A DNA stretch of 21,614 bases, from contig JAYQLI010000040.1 of the NCBI GenBank assembly GCA_038143065.1, positions 1 through 21,614 of the forward strand, read 5' to 3'. Both the position numbers and the translations under genes were made by a program. The DNA comes from Rhodospirillales bacterium (lineage in GTDB: Bacteria; Pseudomonadota; Alphaproteobacteria; Bin95). The notes beneath the pieces are model-generated. The model saw nothing but the letters and a program-made list of their open reading frames with translations, was not told the origin of the DNA and searched no databases. Shown here in pieces: positions 1 through 8,930 of this stretch. Numbering within the stretch: the first letter of the stretch is position 1; every line of letters begins with the position of its first letter.

Positions 1-135
1 ACATGGATGGAAAGAACCCTGCTTTGTGCACCGTAGACAGAGAACTGCGATGCTTGAATTATTTACCCCTTTGCCCATCTCCGTGTGGCATTACGGTAGG
101 AGATTTCAGCAAGGCGGCAGGGGAAAGGCAAAACC

Positions 136-809
136 ATGTTGGGTAACTCAATCAGCGGAGTGATATTTGATCTCGACGGCACACTTGCCGACACGTCTCC
201 CGATATAGCAGCGGCATTGAACGCAGCACTGCGCGACACCGGGCAGACGCCGTTGCCAGTGCCGGACGTCATCAGCATGATCGGTGACGGCATCCCAACG
301 CTGGTCGAGCGCGCGATCGCTCGTCTGGGAGCGAGTGGGTCGCTTCAGGATGTCATGGTTGAACGTATGCTTCACCATTATGATCGGGATTTTGTGTCCA
401 TTCCGAACTGATGGTTGGTGTGGCCGATTGCCTTGATGCGCTGCGGGATCTTGGCCTGCCGATGGCAGTGTGCACAAACAAGGATCAGGTTATCGCCCGC
501 AAGATCATCACGGCGCTTGGGATAGAGCCCTATGTTACGGTGACGGTTGGGCGGCAGCCGGACATTTCAAAGAAGCCCGACCCAGCGATGCTGAAGTTTG
601 CGGCTCAAGAGATCGGATGTGTCGTTAGTTCAATTGTGATGGTTGGTGACTCTGATGTCGACGCGGCGACGGCACGGGCCAGCGGCGCGCCCTCGGTAAT
701 TGTGCGGAACGGGTATTTTTCTGGAGATTACGAAACTATTGGCGCCGATTTTCTAATTGAGGACATGACCGGTTTCATGCCGTTGATGTCGAAACCGGCC
801 AGCGCCTGA
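136..809 (+). CDS. gph: HAD-superfamily phosphoglycolate phosphatase-like protein (subfamily IA), split by a single -1 frameshift near 395-410
   Basis: ORF 136..411 has HAD motif I (IFDLDGTLADT) and the Gph cap motif (MIGDGIPTLVERA); ORF 411..809 has CTNK, KKPDP and MVGDSDVD. Adding one base in gtgtccattcc (e.g. CC->CCC) joins them as ...FVSHSELMVGV..., giving ~224 aa. GAAAGG RBS-like sequence upstream of ATG 136. Confidence 0.8.
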
Positions 810-830
810 TGTTACGGAACGCCGGATACA

Positions 831-974
831 GGCCACATCGCCGCCATACATTTCGCCTTCATAGGGGATGTTCCCGTCACTCAGAGCTGTAACCTGTAAC
901 GCTCCGAAAAAGGAACGAACCTCGGTGGGTCCGGCCTTGCCACCAAGCCTGGTGGTCAAAATCGCGCCGACATC
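831..974 (-). pseudogene. Remnant resembling the C-terminal part of an MlrC / M81-family metallopeptidase
   Basis: Minus-strand translation DVGAILTTRLGGKAGP...QVTALSDGNIPYEGEMYGGDVA resembles the recalled M81 pattern VGA-x5-LGGK...V-x-ALSDG-x3-Y-x-GPMYGG. Preceded by an in-frame stop; no start or catalytic N-terminal domain. Confidence 0.5.
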
Positions 975-1125
975 TCATACGTGATATCAGCTGGTCTGCT
1001 AGTCATATCATGGCAGACATTATAGTACAGAGGTCATCAGGCCTGTTTATGACCCGAAGGTGACCAATGCGCCAACGATCTGGAATACCTAATATCCTTG
1101 ATTTCGAGGGCATGCGGTGCCTTTT

Positions 1126-1141
1126 GAGTCAAAAATGACCC
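1126..1141. promoter_or_regulatory. Palindromic operator candidate GAGTCA-N4-TGACCC upstream of the pgtC-like gene
   Basis: gagtca aaaa tgaccc, matching the two palindromes at 5601-5616 and 5624-5639; ~60 bp upstream of ATG 1202. Confidence 0.6.
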
Positions 1142-1201
1142 ATAAACTTAATCCGAGAGTTCGAAATTTGAACTCAAGAGAAATATGTGCGTTACTAGGC
1201 T

Positions 1202-2431
1202 ATGTTCCGCACCTTGATTTTTCTGCTTTGGTTGTGTTCTACGCAAGCGCACGCGCATGAACTGCGCATCATAACGTCGTTTCCTCCCTCAGTTTCAGAC
1301 GCTTACGTTGCGCTTTGGAAGTCACAAAACCCTGAAACCGATGTTCTGGTTCTCAACAAGAACACGGTCGCTGCTATCGATGAGATCGCGCGCGGCAACG
1401 GTCGAGGCTTCGACGTTTTCATGGCGTCGTCGCCTGAAGCATTCGAGTTGTTGTCTGAAAATGGTTCGTTCATCTCGGCGCCTTCATGTGGCCTAGAGTC
1501 GGAGGATGCCGTTAAACCTTTCGCACTCTCGTCTGTCGGTTGGACCCGGCGCAAAGAGAGCGCCGTTTTCATGCCGGGCACTTTGAACGATCTGCTAAAG
1601 CCCTTGTATCGAGGCAAGATCGCTATGGCACGGCCTGCCCGATCGGGCTCAAGTCATCTGATGGTTGAACAGCTCCTTCAGACCCGCGGATGGCAGGACG
1701 GATGGACCTATCTTCTGAGTTTAGCCGGTAATTTATCCACGCTGACCGCGCGCAGCTTTGCGGTTCCAAATGGCTTGATCCAGGGTAGGTTCGACATCGG
1801 GTTGACCATCGACTTCCTGGCGCAGTCAAAATCGAAACAACTCAATTTTACATACGGTCGCCCGATTATGCTTACGGCGGCCCATGTTGGCTTGTTGACT
1901 GGCGGATTGGCCCAGGATCATGCTTGCGACTTCCTGCGGATGGTTTTGTCCGAGATTGGTCAACGCTTGCTCCTGACGCCGGAAATTTCCCGTATTCCGA
2001 TTAGTTCAAAAGTCCGTGAATCAGCCGATAGTGTCCCGATTGACGTTATTGATGCGGTGCGGCTGGAGTGGATCCTTTACGATGCACGGCTGTCTGCGCA
2101 CCGGTACTGGGCAGTCAACGCGCTGTTTGATGTCATGATCACAGAAACGCTGGCAAAACGGAAATCGCTGTGGGCGCGTCTGGATCAGTTACGCGGGGTC
2201 GCCGATCCAACGCAACTCGAAGAGATTAGAAGCCTCCTGACAAAACCCGTGGCGAGTGAGGTCGAGATTACAACGTTGTCCGAAGCAATCTCCTCAGGCC
2301 TGCGCACAACGCGGCTGACCGGCATAAGCGATGACAAACGCAACGCTATGGATACTTGGCGAGCCGCAACTGCGGCACAGATTCAAACCGTCGAGAAGCA
2401 AATTCTTTTTCTGGAACAGGACCTGCCGTGA
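1202..2431 (+). CDS. pgtC: PgtC-like periplasmic ligand-binding accessory sensor protein
   Basis: 409 aa; signal peptide (AHA-HE); motifs IITSFP, VLNKNT, DVFMASSPEAF, PARSGSSHLMVE, GW..GW, RSFAVP, GLTIDF typical of PgtC-type binding proteins; stop overlaps start of the kinase gene (GTGATG). Confidence 0.75.
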   Translation: MFRTLIFLLWLCSTQAHAHELRIITSFPPSVSDAYVALWKSQNPETDVLVLNKNTVAAIDEIARGNGRGFDVFMASSPEAFELLSENGSFISAPSCGLESEDAVKPFALSSVGWTRRKESAVFMPGTLNDLLKPLYRGKIAMARPARSGSSHLMVEQLLQTRGWQDGWTYLLSLAGNLSTLTARSFAVPNGLIQGRFDIGLTIDFLAQSKSKQLNFTYGRPIMLTAAHVGLLTGGLAQDHACDFLRMVLSEIGQRLLLTPEISRIPISSKVRESADSVPIDVIDAVRLEWILYDARLSAHRYWAVNALFDVMITETLAKRKSLWARLDQLRGVADPTQLEEIRSLLTKPVASEVEITTLSEAISSGLRTTRLTGISDDKRNAMDTWRAATAAQIQTVEKQILFLEQDLP

Positions 2432-4382
2432 TGCACCTTTGGGCAAATCTGTTTCCACGAATGTGGATGCGATTCTTCTTGCTCATTATGTCGGTGATTG
2501 CGGTCAGTTGGATCATCGCGGGAATGGTGATCTTGCTTTTGGGCAATGCTCGGGAAACCGTCGACGATTTCGTAAAGAACGATGTCCCGCGTGTCGTTGA
2601 AACGGCGCGTTTGTCGGTGCTGTCATCGGAACTCGTTCTGCTCAGTAATCGGCTAGCCCGCACGGAGAGCACGGCCTTGACTCTTGTTGAGCAAGATCTT
2701 CGCCGAACGCTGCTGCAGATCGAAGAAATGGCAGGTGACAGCATCGCCCGAGACATCGGCGCCGATGGTCTGGCGCTTTTGCGGGAACGCATTGATGCGG
2801 TGATTGCGCGTCTAGAAATCACTGAACGAGCAGAGGATCGTGTCAGGCAGAAGATCGACACTCTGCGGTGGCTTCATGTCGACATCGAAGACGAGGCGAG
2901 CGCCATGGTTGCGGATTTCGCTTTCAATGCAGACACACTGACCGGGCGACTCGTGCGGGCGGTTGATCAAACCGAACGCGCCCAATTGGCGGAGCGGATC
3001 CAAAGCGAACAGACGCGACAGAAAGTGTTTATCAAACTCGACGCCGAGGCGTCGGCTGCAGCTGCACTTGGTATTCAGGCCGCCACGTCGGCAACTGAAA
3101 CCGAACTGGATCAGTTTGAAGACAGCCTTGGCGACACGCTTTCTCGGATTGCTGTGGTCGAGTGGTGATCTTCCACAAGCGGCGGAGTTCGCGTCAGTTT
3201 TGCAGGGTCTCGCGCAGTTGAACGGGCTCTTGCTGGGCCGAGAAAGTTTGGTTGCCGCCCGTCGAAACTGGTTCGCGGAGCGAAGGAAGCTCGAGACCAG
3301 TTTAGATGCATTGTTCATCCAACTCAAAGGTGTGCAGCGGAGCATGGCCGAGGCCACCGATCAACAGAGTACAGCGATCATCAGCAAAGGGGGCGGCATT
3401 TGCCGAGTCGGCACAAAATTGGGCGTTGAATCTCGTGATGGTCACCGTCATCGCCAGCTTAGCTGGACTGCTGCTTCTGTTCTTCTACATACGCCCGTCA
3501 ATCATCCTCCCGCTCCGACAATTGACCCGCGCAATGCGAGACATTTCGGCAGGTCAACCTGCCAATCTTCCCGACATGTCCGGGAAAGGGAGAGAGTTGA
3601 TGGCGCTAGCAAATGCCGTGAGCACGTTCGAGGACGCCGTGACCGGGCGAGAGCGCGCTATTGAGACGCTGAAGGAAACTCAGAACGAACTCATCCAAGC
3701 TGGGAAGATGGCTGCACTGGGAACCCTCTCGGCAGGACTGGCGCATGAACTGAACCAGCCGCTGGGCGCCATTCAACAACGCATCTATCTCGTCCAGCAA
3801 GCGATTGAGCGAGATAACAAAGAGGAGGTTTCAAGGCAGATCGGAAAGATCAGCGAGCTTGTCGAGCGAATGGACATGATCATCAAGCACCTGCGCCGTT
3901 TCGCAAGGAAATCGAAGTACCTACGGGAAAAAGTCCGCTTGGGTGACTCCATCGATGGTGCAAGCGCGCTGCTTACCGGGGCCTTTCGAGAGAACAGCGT
4001 CGAACTCGAGGTCGAACCGAGAGCCCGCGAGTCGATTGTCCGCGCCGATCCCGTATTGTTGGAGCAAGTGTTGGTGAATGTGCTGAGCAACGCAGTAGAT
4101 GCAATCGCTCAGGGTGGAAAACCGGGACGCGTTACGATTGCCGATGAATCCGACGGCAATGGTAAAACGGTGTTTTCCGTAACGGACAACGGAGCCGGTT
4201 TTTCGGTTATCGAGCCTGATACCGCTCTCGATCCTTTCGTCACCTCAAAGGACGTCGGAGACGGCATCGGTCTGGGGCTCTCAATTTCATACAATATCAT
4301 GACGGGCATGGGCGGCTCGCTGAGGCTTGAGCATGGCATAGGCTCCGGCGCTCGTGTCATTGCGTCCCTTCCGGAGGGCTAA
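2428..4382 (+). CDS. pgtB: PgtB/DctB-like membrane sensor histidine kinase, interrupted by two +1 frameshifts (~3156 and G5 run 3389-3393)
   Basis: Pieces in ORFs 2356..3168 (TM1 + helical periplasmic domain), 2963..3664 (SGDLPQAAEF...IISK) and 3306..4382 (TM2, HAMP PLRQLTRAM, H-box QAGKMAALGTLSAGLAHELNQPL, N-box EQVLVNVLSNAVDA, DNGAG, PFVTSK, GIGLGLSIS). Removing one G at each junction gives ~650 aa. Confidence 0.8.
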
Positions 4383-4386
4383 TCAA

Positions 4387-5613
4387 ATGTCAACTGAACC
4401 TGATGTGATGGTTGTCGATGACGATGAGGATTTTCGCGAGGCGACCTACGAACTTCTGGTGGACACTGGAATTAAAGTGGAGAAATTTTCGAACGCAGAC
4501 CCGATGTTGGCAGCGCTCGACCCTGAATGGCCGGGTGTCGTTCTTTGTGACGTGCGAATGGCCGGCAGGGACGGATTCCAAGCCCTTAAAGAGGCTCGAG
4601 AACGCGCACCAGATGTGCCGTTCATCATGATCACGGGCTATGGCGACGTTCGGATGGCTGTTTCTGCGATCCGGGCGGGGGCTTTTGACTTCGTCGAGAA
4701 GACCGCGCAACCAGAGTTTATTAAGAGCGCCATCGACCGAGCGCTGGTTGCTCGCCGGATGCAACTGGAAAACAGAAAACTTCGAATGCGCGTTAGCCGA
4801 AGGGGCGGTATGCGTAGCCGCTTTCTAGGTCGCTCGGCCGCTATTAAGCGGGCCCGCAAATTGATGCATGACCTAGCCCAGCTTCCGATCACAGTCCTTG
4901 TGACCGGTGAACCAGGTACGGGGAAGTCTCTTGCCGCTGAAACAATGCATGAGTTCGGTTCCGGGCCTGGGGATTTTCGGACGGTTTCTTGTCTGACGGC
5001 GAACCCGCAGAGTTTTGCTGAAGAGATTACGGCGTTCGAGTCTGCCAGTACGGTCCTGTTCCGTAACGTCGATCGGTTGCGCCCTGATGTACAAGAGCAA
5101 CTCGTAGAGTTTCTTCACCGCGACCGGCGACCACGCGCAATTCTGTCAGCTAATGACAAGCAGTCGTTGCTAGACGCGCTCTACTACATGGCGTCAGGTG
5201 CGGTCATCGAGTTGCCGCCGCTCGCTGATCGGAGACAGGATATCTTCATTCTGTTCGAGCATTTCGTGAGGGAGGCTGCGGCTCGGTATGGCAAACGCTT
5301 GCCGATGGTGACCAAGGAGTTGTTGAAACCCTTTTCTCGACACCCTTGGCGCGGGAATGCGCGTGAGCTTCGTACTGTAGCGGAACGTATGGTTCTTGGA
5401 TTGCCACCTGGATTGGAAACGCGCGGCGCAACCGACATCGGTAGTCTGACATACGATGCTGCTATGGCTGAGTTCGAACGCAATCTTTTGGATCAGGCGC
5501 TCCGCGAAACTGGCGGTCGAAAGGGTGATGCTGCGACCCTATTGTCGATTCCGCGAAAGCGACTGTATCTCCGAATGAAGGCTGTGGGATTGCTCAAATC
5601 GGGTCAAGAATGA
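4387..5613 (+). CDS. pgtA: PgtA-like response regulator (receiver + degenerate AAA+ + Fis-type HTH)
   Basis: ATG 4387 with GGAGGG RBS, in frame with ORF 4354..5613; receiver VVDDD, LCDVRM, ITGYG, EK; Walker A GEPGTGKS; WRGNAREL; C-terminal AATLLSIPRKRLYLRMK HTH; no GAFTGA loop. Confidence 0.8.
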   Translation: MSTEPDVMVVDDDEDFREATYELLVDTGIKVEKFSNADPMLAALDPEWPGVVLCDVRMAGRDGFQALKEARERAPDVPFIMITGYGDVRMAVSAIRAGAFDFVEKTAQPEFIKSAIDRALVARRMQLENRKLRMRVSRRGGMRSRFLGRSAAIKRARKLMHDLAQLPITVLVTGEPGTGKSLAAETMHEFGSGPGDFRTVSCLTANPQSFAEEITAFESASTVLFRNVDRLRPDVQEQLVEFLHRDRRPRAILSANDKQSLLDALYYMASGAVIELPPLADRRQDIFILFEHFVREAAARYGKRLPMVTKELLKPFSRHPWRGNARELRTVAERMVLGLPPGLETRGATDIGSLTYDAAMAEFERNLLDQALRETGGRKGDAATLLSIPRKRLYLRMKAVGLLKSGQE

Positions 5614-5639
5614 CCCAATCGGCGGGTCAACATTGACCT
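5601..5639. promoter_or_regulatory. Tandem palindromic operator candidates GGGTCA-N4-TGACC(C/T)
   Basis: gggtca agaa tgaccc (5601-5616, contains the regulator's stop codon) and gggtca acat tgacct (5624-5639), 23 bp apart, ~110 bp upstream of the ABC operon. Confidence 0.7.
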
Positions 5640-5751
5640 GAAACAGTTCATTTTTATCCATTAATATTAATGAGTTGCGCGTGGACGCGACGATGGGCTT
5701 GTATTCTCCCAGCGCCATTTATGAGCGCACAAACTTACGGGAGGGTAAGAC

Positions 5752-7074
5752 ATGAAAACCAAATTAATGGCAAGCTTGGTCGTCTGTGCGCTAAGCGCGG
5801 GCGCGGCGAGCGCAAATGAGAAGATTATGGTCATCACATCGTTCCCCGATAGTATGACTGGACCCATCGAAGCTGGGTTCGAGGCGGCTAACCCGCAGTT
5901 CGATCTTGAAGTTCTCAACAAAAAAACCTCTGCGGGCATCAAGTTCATTCAGGAAATCGCAGGCGCCAATACGGCAGATATCTTCTGGGCCTCCGCGCCT
6001 GACGCTTTCGAAGTGCTCAAGAGTGACGGATTGTTGGCCGATGTAACGATTAAGTCCGAGGGCATTCCAGATAAGATTGGCGCGTATCCGATGAACGACC
6101 CGGATGGCAAATATTACGGTTTTGCGGGTGCTGGTTATGGCATCATGTGGAACGAGCGTTACTTGAAGGCAAACGGTCTTGAGCCGGCCGCCGAGTGGGA
6201 TGATTTAGCGAAACCCGAATATCACGGCCATGTCGGCATGTCGGCGCCATCCCGTTCCGGCACGACGCACCTGACGGTCGAAACCGTCTTACAAGGCGAT
6301 GGTTGGGATGCCGGCTGGGCAAAATGGAAGCGGATTGCGGGCAATTTCTCGACCGTAACCGAACGATCATTCGGGGTGCCGGATGGCGTGAACACAGGTA
6401 ACTTTGGCCTTGGCATCGTCATTGACTTTTTCGGGTTCTCATCGAAAGCGTCAGGTTTCCCGGTCGACTTTCAATATCCGACCATCACGGCACTGGTTCC
6501 GGCCAATGTCGCCGTGGTCGAGAATGCGCCCAACGAAGCAGGGGCAATTGCCTTCATTGAGTACCTGCTGACGCCTGAGGGTCAGGAGGTTCTTCTGGAT
6601 CCGGCCATTATGCGTCTGCCGATCAACCCCGCGACCTATGCGAACGCGCCTGAAGGCTTCCCCAATCCGTTTGAAGACAGCACCATAGGTGCGACGGTCA
6701 AGTTCGATGTTGCCAAGTCGGGCGCACGTTACAACCTCGTAAACTCCATGTTCGATGTGATGATCACCTACCGACTAGATGACCTACGTGATACCGTTGC
6801 GGCCATCCAAAAAGCGGAGGCAATTCACGCTGACGGTAACAACGCAGCGGCAAAGGCGAAGATCGCTGAAGCGCGGGCTCTGGTAGACGCCAATCCGATC
6901 GATGAGGCCAAGAGTTTGGATGCGGAATTCGCGGCAATCTTCACCAAGAAGCGCAAAAAGGCTACCGACAAGGTCGGCGAGCGCCAGGCTGAGGTTGAGG
7001 CCCGTTGGGACGCTATGGTCGTTGAAAACTACGCGAAGGCCAAGGCTCTGGCGGTGGAAGCCGCCGGAATGTGA
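5752..7074 (+). CDS. ABC transporter substrate-binding protein, PgtC-like (probably phosphorylated organic acid ligand)
   Basis: 440 aa, signal peptide (ASA-NE), GGAGGG RBS; VITSFP, VLNKKT, DIFWASAPDAFE, PSRSGTTHLTVE, RSFGVP, GIVIDFF; first gene of SBP-permease-ATPase operon. Confidence 0.85.
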   Translation: MKTKLMASLVVCALSAGAASANEKIMVITSFPDSMTGPIEAGFEAANPQFDLEVLNKKTSAGIKFIQEIAGANTADIFWASAPDAFEVLKSDGLLADVTIKSEGIPDKIGAYPMNDPDGKYYGFAGAGYGIMWNERYLKANGLEPAAEWDDLAKPEYHGHVGMSAPSRSGTTHLTVETVLQGDGWDAGWAKWKRIAGNFSTVTERSFGVPDGVNTGNFGLGIVIDFFGFSSKASGFPVDFQYPTITALVPANVAVVENAPNEAGAIAFIEYLLTPEGQEVLLDPAIMRLPINPATYANAPEGFPNPFEDSTIGATVKFDVAKSGARYNLVNSMFDVMITYRLDDLRDTVAAIQKAEAIHADGNNAAAKAKIAEARALVDANPIDEAKSLDAEFAAIFTKKRKKATDKVGERQAEVEARWDAMVVENYAKAKALAVEAAGM

Positions 7075-7084
7075 GTGCCGCAGC

Positions 7085-7151
7085 GGGCGAAACTTCGCCC
7101 AGTTCCTCTCCTGCTGCCGCCCCAATCATCACTAACGGGGCGGCAGCGCTT
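7085..7151 (+). terminator. Intercistronic hairpins after the SBP gene (mRNA stabiliser / partial terminator)
   Basis: gggcgaa/ttcgccc (7085-7100) and an 11-bp perfect stem gctgccgcccc (7113-7123) / ggggcggcagc (7137-7147) followed by gctttt. Confidence 0.6.
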
Positions 7152-7168
7152 TTCGCGGAAACCTCAAT

Positions 7169-8911
7169 ATGACAACAACCCCTTCCCATGAGACTGGCTC
7201 CGCCTTGGCGGGGCGCTTGCAGAATACCTTTATCCCTCGCTTGAGCAATCTGCACGTCGTCGCCGTTCTGATCGCACTCCTCCTATTCGGATTGCTGGTC
7301 GTACCCGTTACACAAGTCATCTTTGTGGCTTTCCAGGACCCAGCCACAGGTGCAGCGACGCTACAGAACTTCGCCGATTTCTTTGCAACATCTCTATTCC
7401 GCGAGAGCTTCTGGAACTCCTTCTACGTGTCGGCCATGTCGGTGGTTGTCGCCACGGTTATCGCTCTACCGTTGGCCTACATAACAACTCGATTTAACTT
7501 TTCGGGTTCAATCCTGATCCAGTCTCTGGGTTTCATACCGCTGATCATGCCGCCGTTTGTTGGTGCTGTCGCCATGCAGCTCATATTTGGCCGCAACGGT
7601 ACCATCAACCTGCTTTTGCGAGACCACGTCGGGATTTCGATTCCCTTTATGGACGGGTTGAATGGCGTGATCCTCGTTCAGTCAATCCATTACTTCCCAT
7701 TCATCCTGATCAACCTTTCTGCTTCGCTCCGCAACATCGACCGGTCAATGGAGGAAGCAGCCCAGAATCTCGGCAGTTATGGATTGCGGCTCTTTCGGCG
7801 CATCGTTTTCCCGCTGGCAATGCCAGGATATATCGCCGGCGCTGCGTTGGTGTTCATCAAGGTTTTTGACGACCTGGGCACACCGCTGTTGTTGAACGTA
7901 AACAACATGCTCGCCCCGCAGGCATTCTTGCGAATTTCGAGTATAGGGATCAGTGATCCCATGGGATACGTGATTTCCTGCATCCTTGTTGTGTTCTCCA
8001 TTCTCTCGCTTTGGGCATCTTTCCTGGTTATGCGGGGCAAAGACTACGCGACCGTCCAGAAAGGCGGTGGCGGCATGGCCAAGCGCGATCTTAAACCTGC
8101 CGAGAAGACGTTGGCCTACGGCGTGGTCATCTTCATACTGCTCGTCGTTCTGAGCCCACACATTGGCTTGTTGCTGCTTTCCTTTGGCACGATCTGGAGC
8201 TTCGCTCCATTGCCAGATGGCTACACCGTCGAGAACTATTTGACCATGTGGGAAGGCTCCAAGACCTTCATCTTCAATACAGTCCTTTATGCCGGAATTG
8301 CGGCGACGCTGGACGTGATCATCGGTACCGCAATCGCCTATATCGTTATCCGCACCGGTATCGTTGGCCGCAAATGGCTGGACTACCTGGCGACGGCGGC
8401 TTTGGCTGTGCCCGGTGTTGTACTGGGAATCGGCTACCTCCGGACCTTCCATGGCGTCGATGTGCCGTTCACGGACGAGTCGCTGGCGAGCTGGTGGGTA
8501 ATCATCGCCCTGGCTCTTATGATCAGACGTCTGCCCTATGCCCTGCGAGCCTGCACTGCGGCCCTGCAGCAAGTCAGTCTTGCCTTGGAGGAGGCAGCGG
8601 AAAGCCTGGGCGCAACCAAACGGCGGACCATCCAGAAGATTGTGGTGCCCTTGATGACGGGCGGTATTCTGGCGGGTTTCGTTACCAGCTTTGCCACGGC
8701 AGCAGTCGAGCTTTCAGCAACGATTATGCTGGTCTCCAGCAACAATGACGCGCCGCTTGCCTATGGCATTTACCTCTTCATGCAGACTCCTTCGGGACGT
8801 GGCGCTGGGGCGGCGCTGGGTATCGTCGCCGTGATCGTGGTCGCCATTGGCACCGTCGCAAGCCAGATCATTATTGAGCGCGACAAGAAACTTAAAGAAT
8901 TCGGTGATTGA
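7169..8911 (+). CDS. ABC transporter permease, FbpB/AfuB/ThiP type (two fused TM domains)
   Basis: 580 aa, highly hydrophobic, two EAA loops (MEEAAQNLGS, LEEAAESLGA). Confidence 0.9.
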   Translation: MTTTPSHETGSALAGRLQNTFIPRLSNLHVVAVLIALLLFGLLVVPVTQVIFVAFQDPATGAATLQNFADFFATSLFRESFWNSFYVSAMSVVVATVIALPLAYITTRFNFSGSILIQSLGFIPLIMPPFVGAVAMQLIFGRNGTINLLLRDHVGISIPFMDGLNGVILVQSIHYFPFILINLSASLRNIDRSMEEAAQNLGSYGLRLFRRIVFPLAMPGYIAGAALVFIKVFDDLGTPLLLNVNNMLAPQAFLRISSIGISDPMGYVISCILVVFSILSLWASFLVMRGKDYATVQKGGGGMAKRDLKPAEKTLAYGVVIFILLVVLSPHIGLLLLSFGTIWSFAPLPDGYTVENYLTMWEGSKTFIFNTVLYAGIAATLDVIIGTAIAYIVIRTGIVGRKWLDYLATAALAVPGVVLGIGYLRTFHGVDVPFTDESLASWWVIIALALMIRRLPYALRACTAALQQVSLALEEAAESLGATKRRTIQKIVVPLMTGGILAGFVTSFATAAVELSATIMLVSSNNDAPLAYGIYLFMQTPSGRGAGAALGIVAVIVVAIGTVASQIIIERDKKLKEFGD

Positions 8912-8930
8912 CACTAGGGGAGCGAAAACC

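Noticed and set aside
3150-3395. Programmed frameshifting or phase variation in the sensor kinase
   Set aside because: Tracts are very short (GG, G5), no slippery heptamer plus structure is evident, and similar indels occur in unrelated genes; sequencing error is simpler.
7745-8748. Long alternative-frame ORFs 7745..8572 (-) and 8248..8748 (+), and other antisense ORFs in the track
   Set aside because: Shadow frames of well-supported genes with no motifs.
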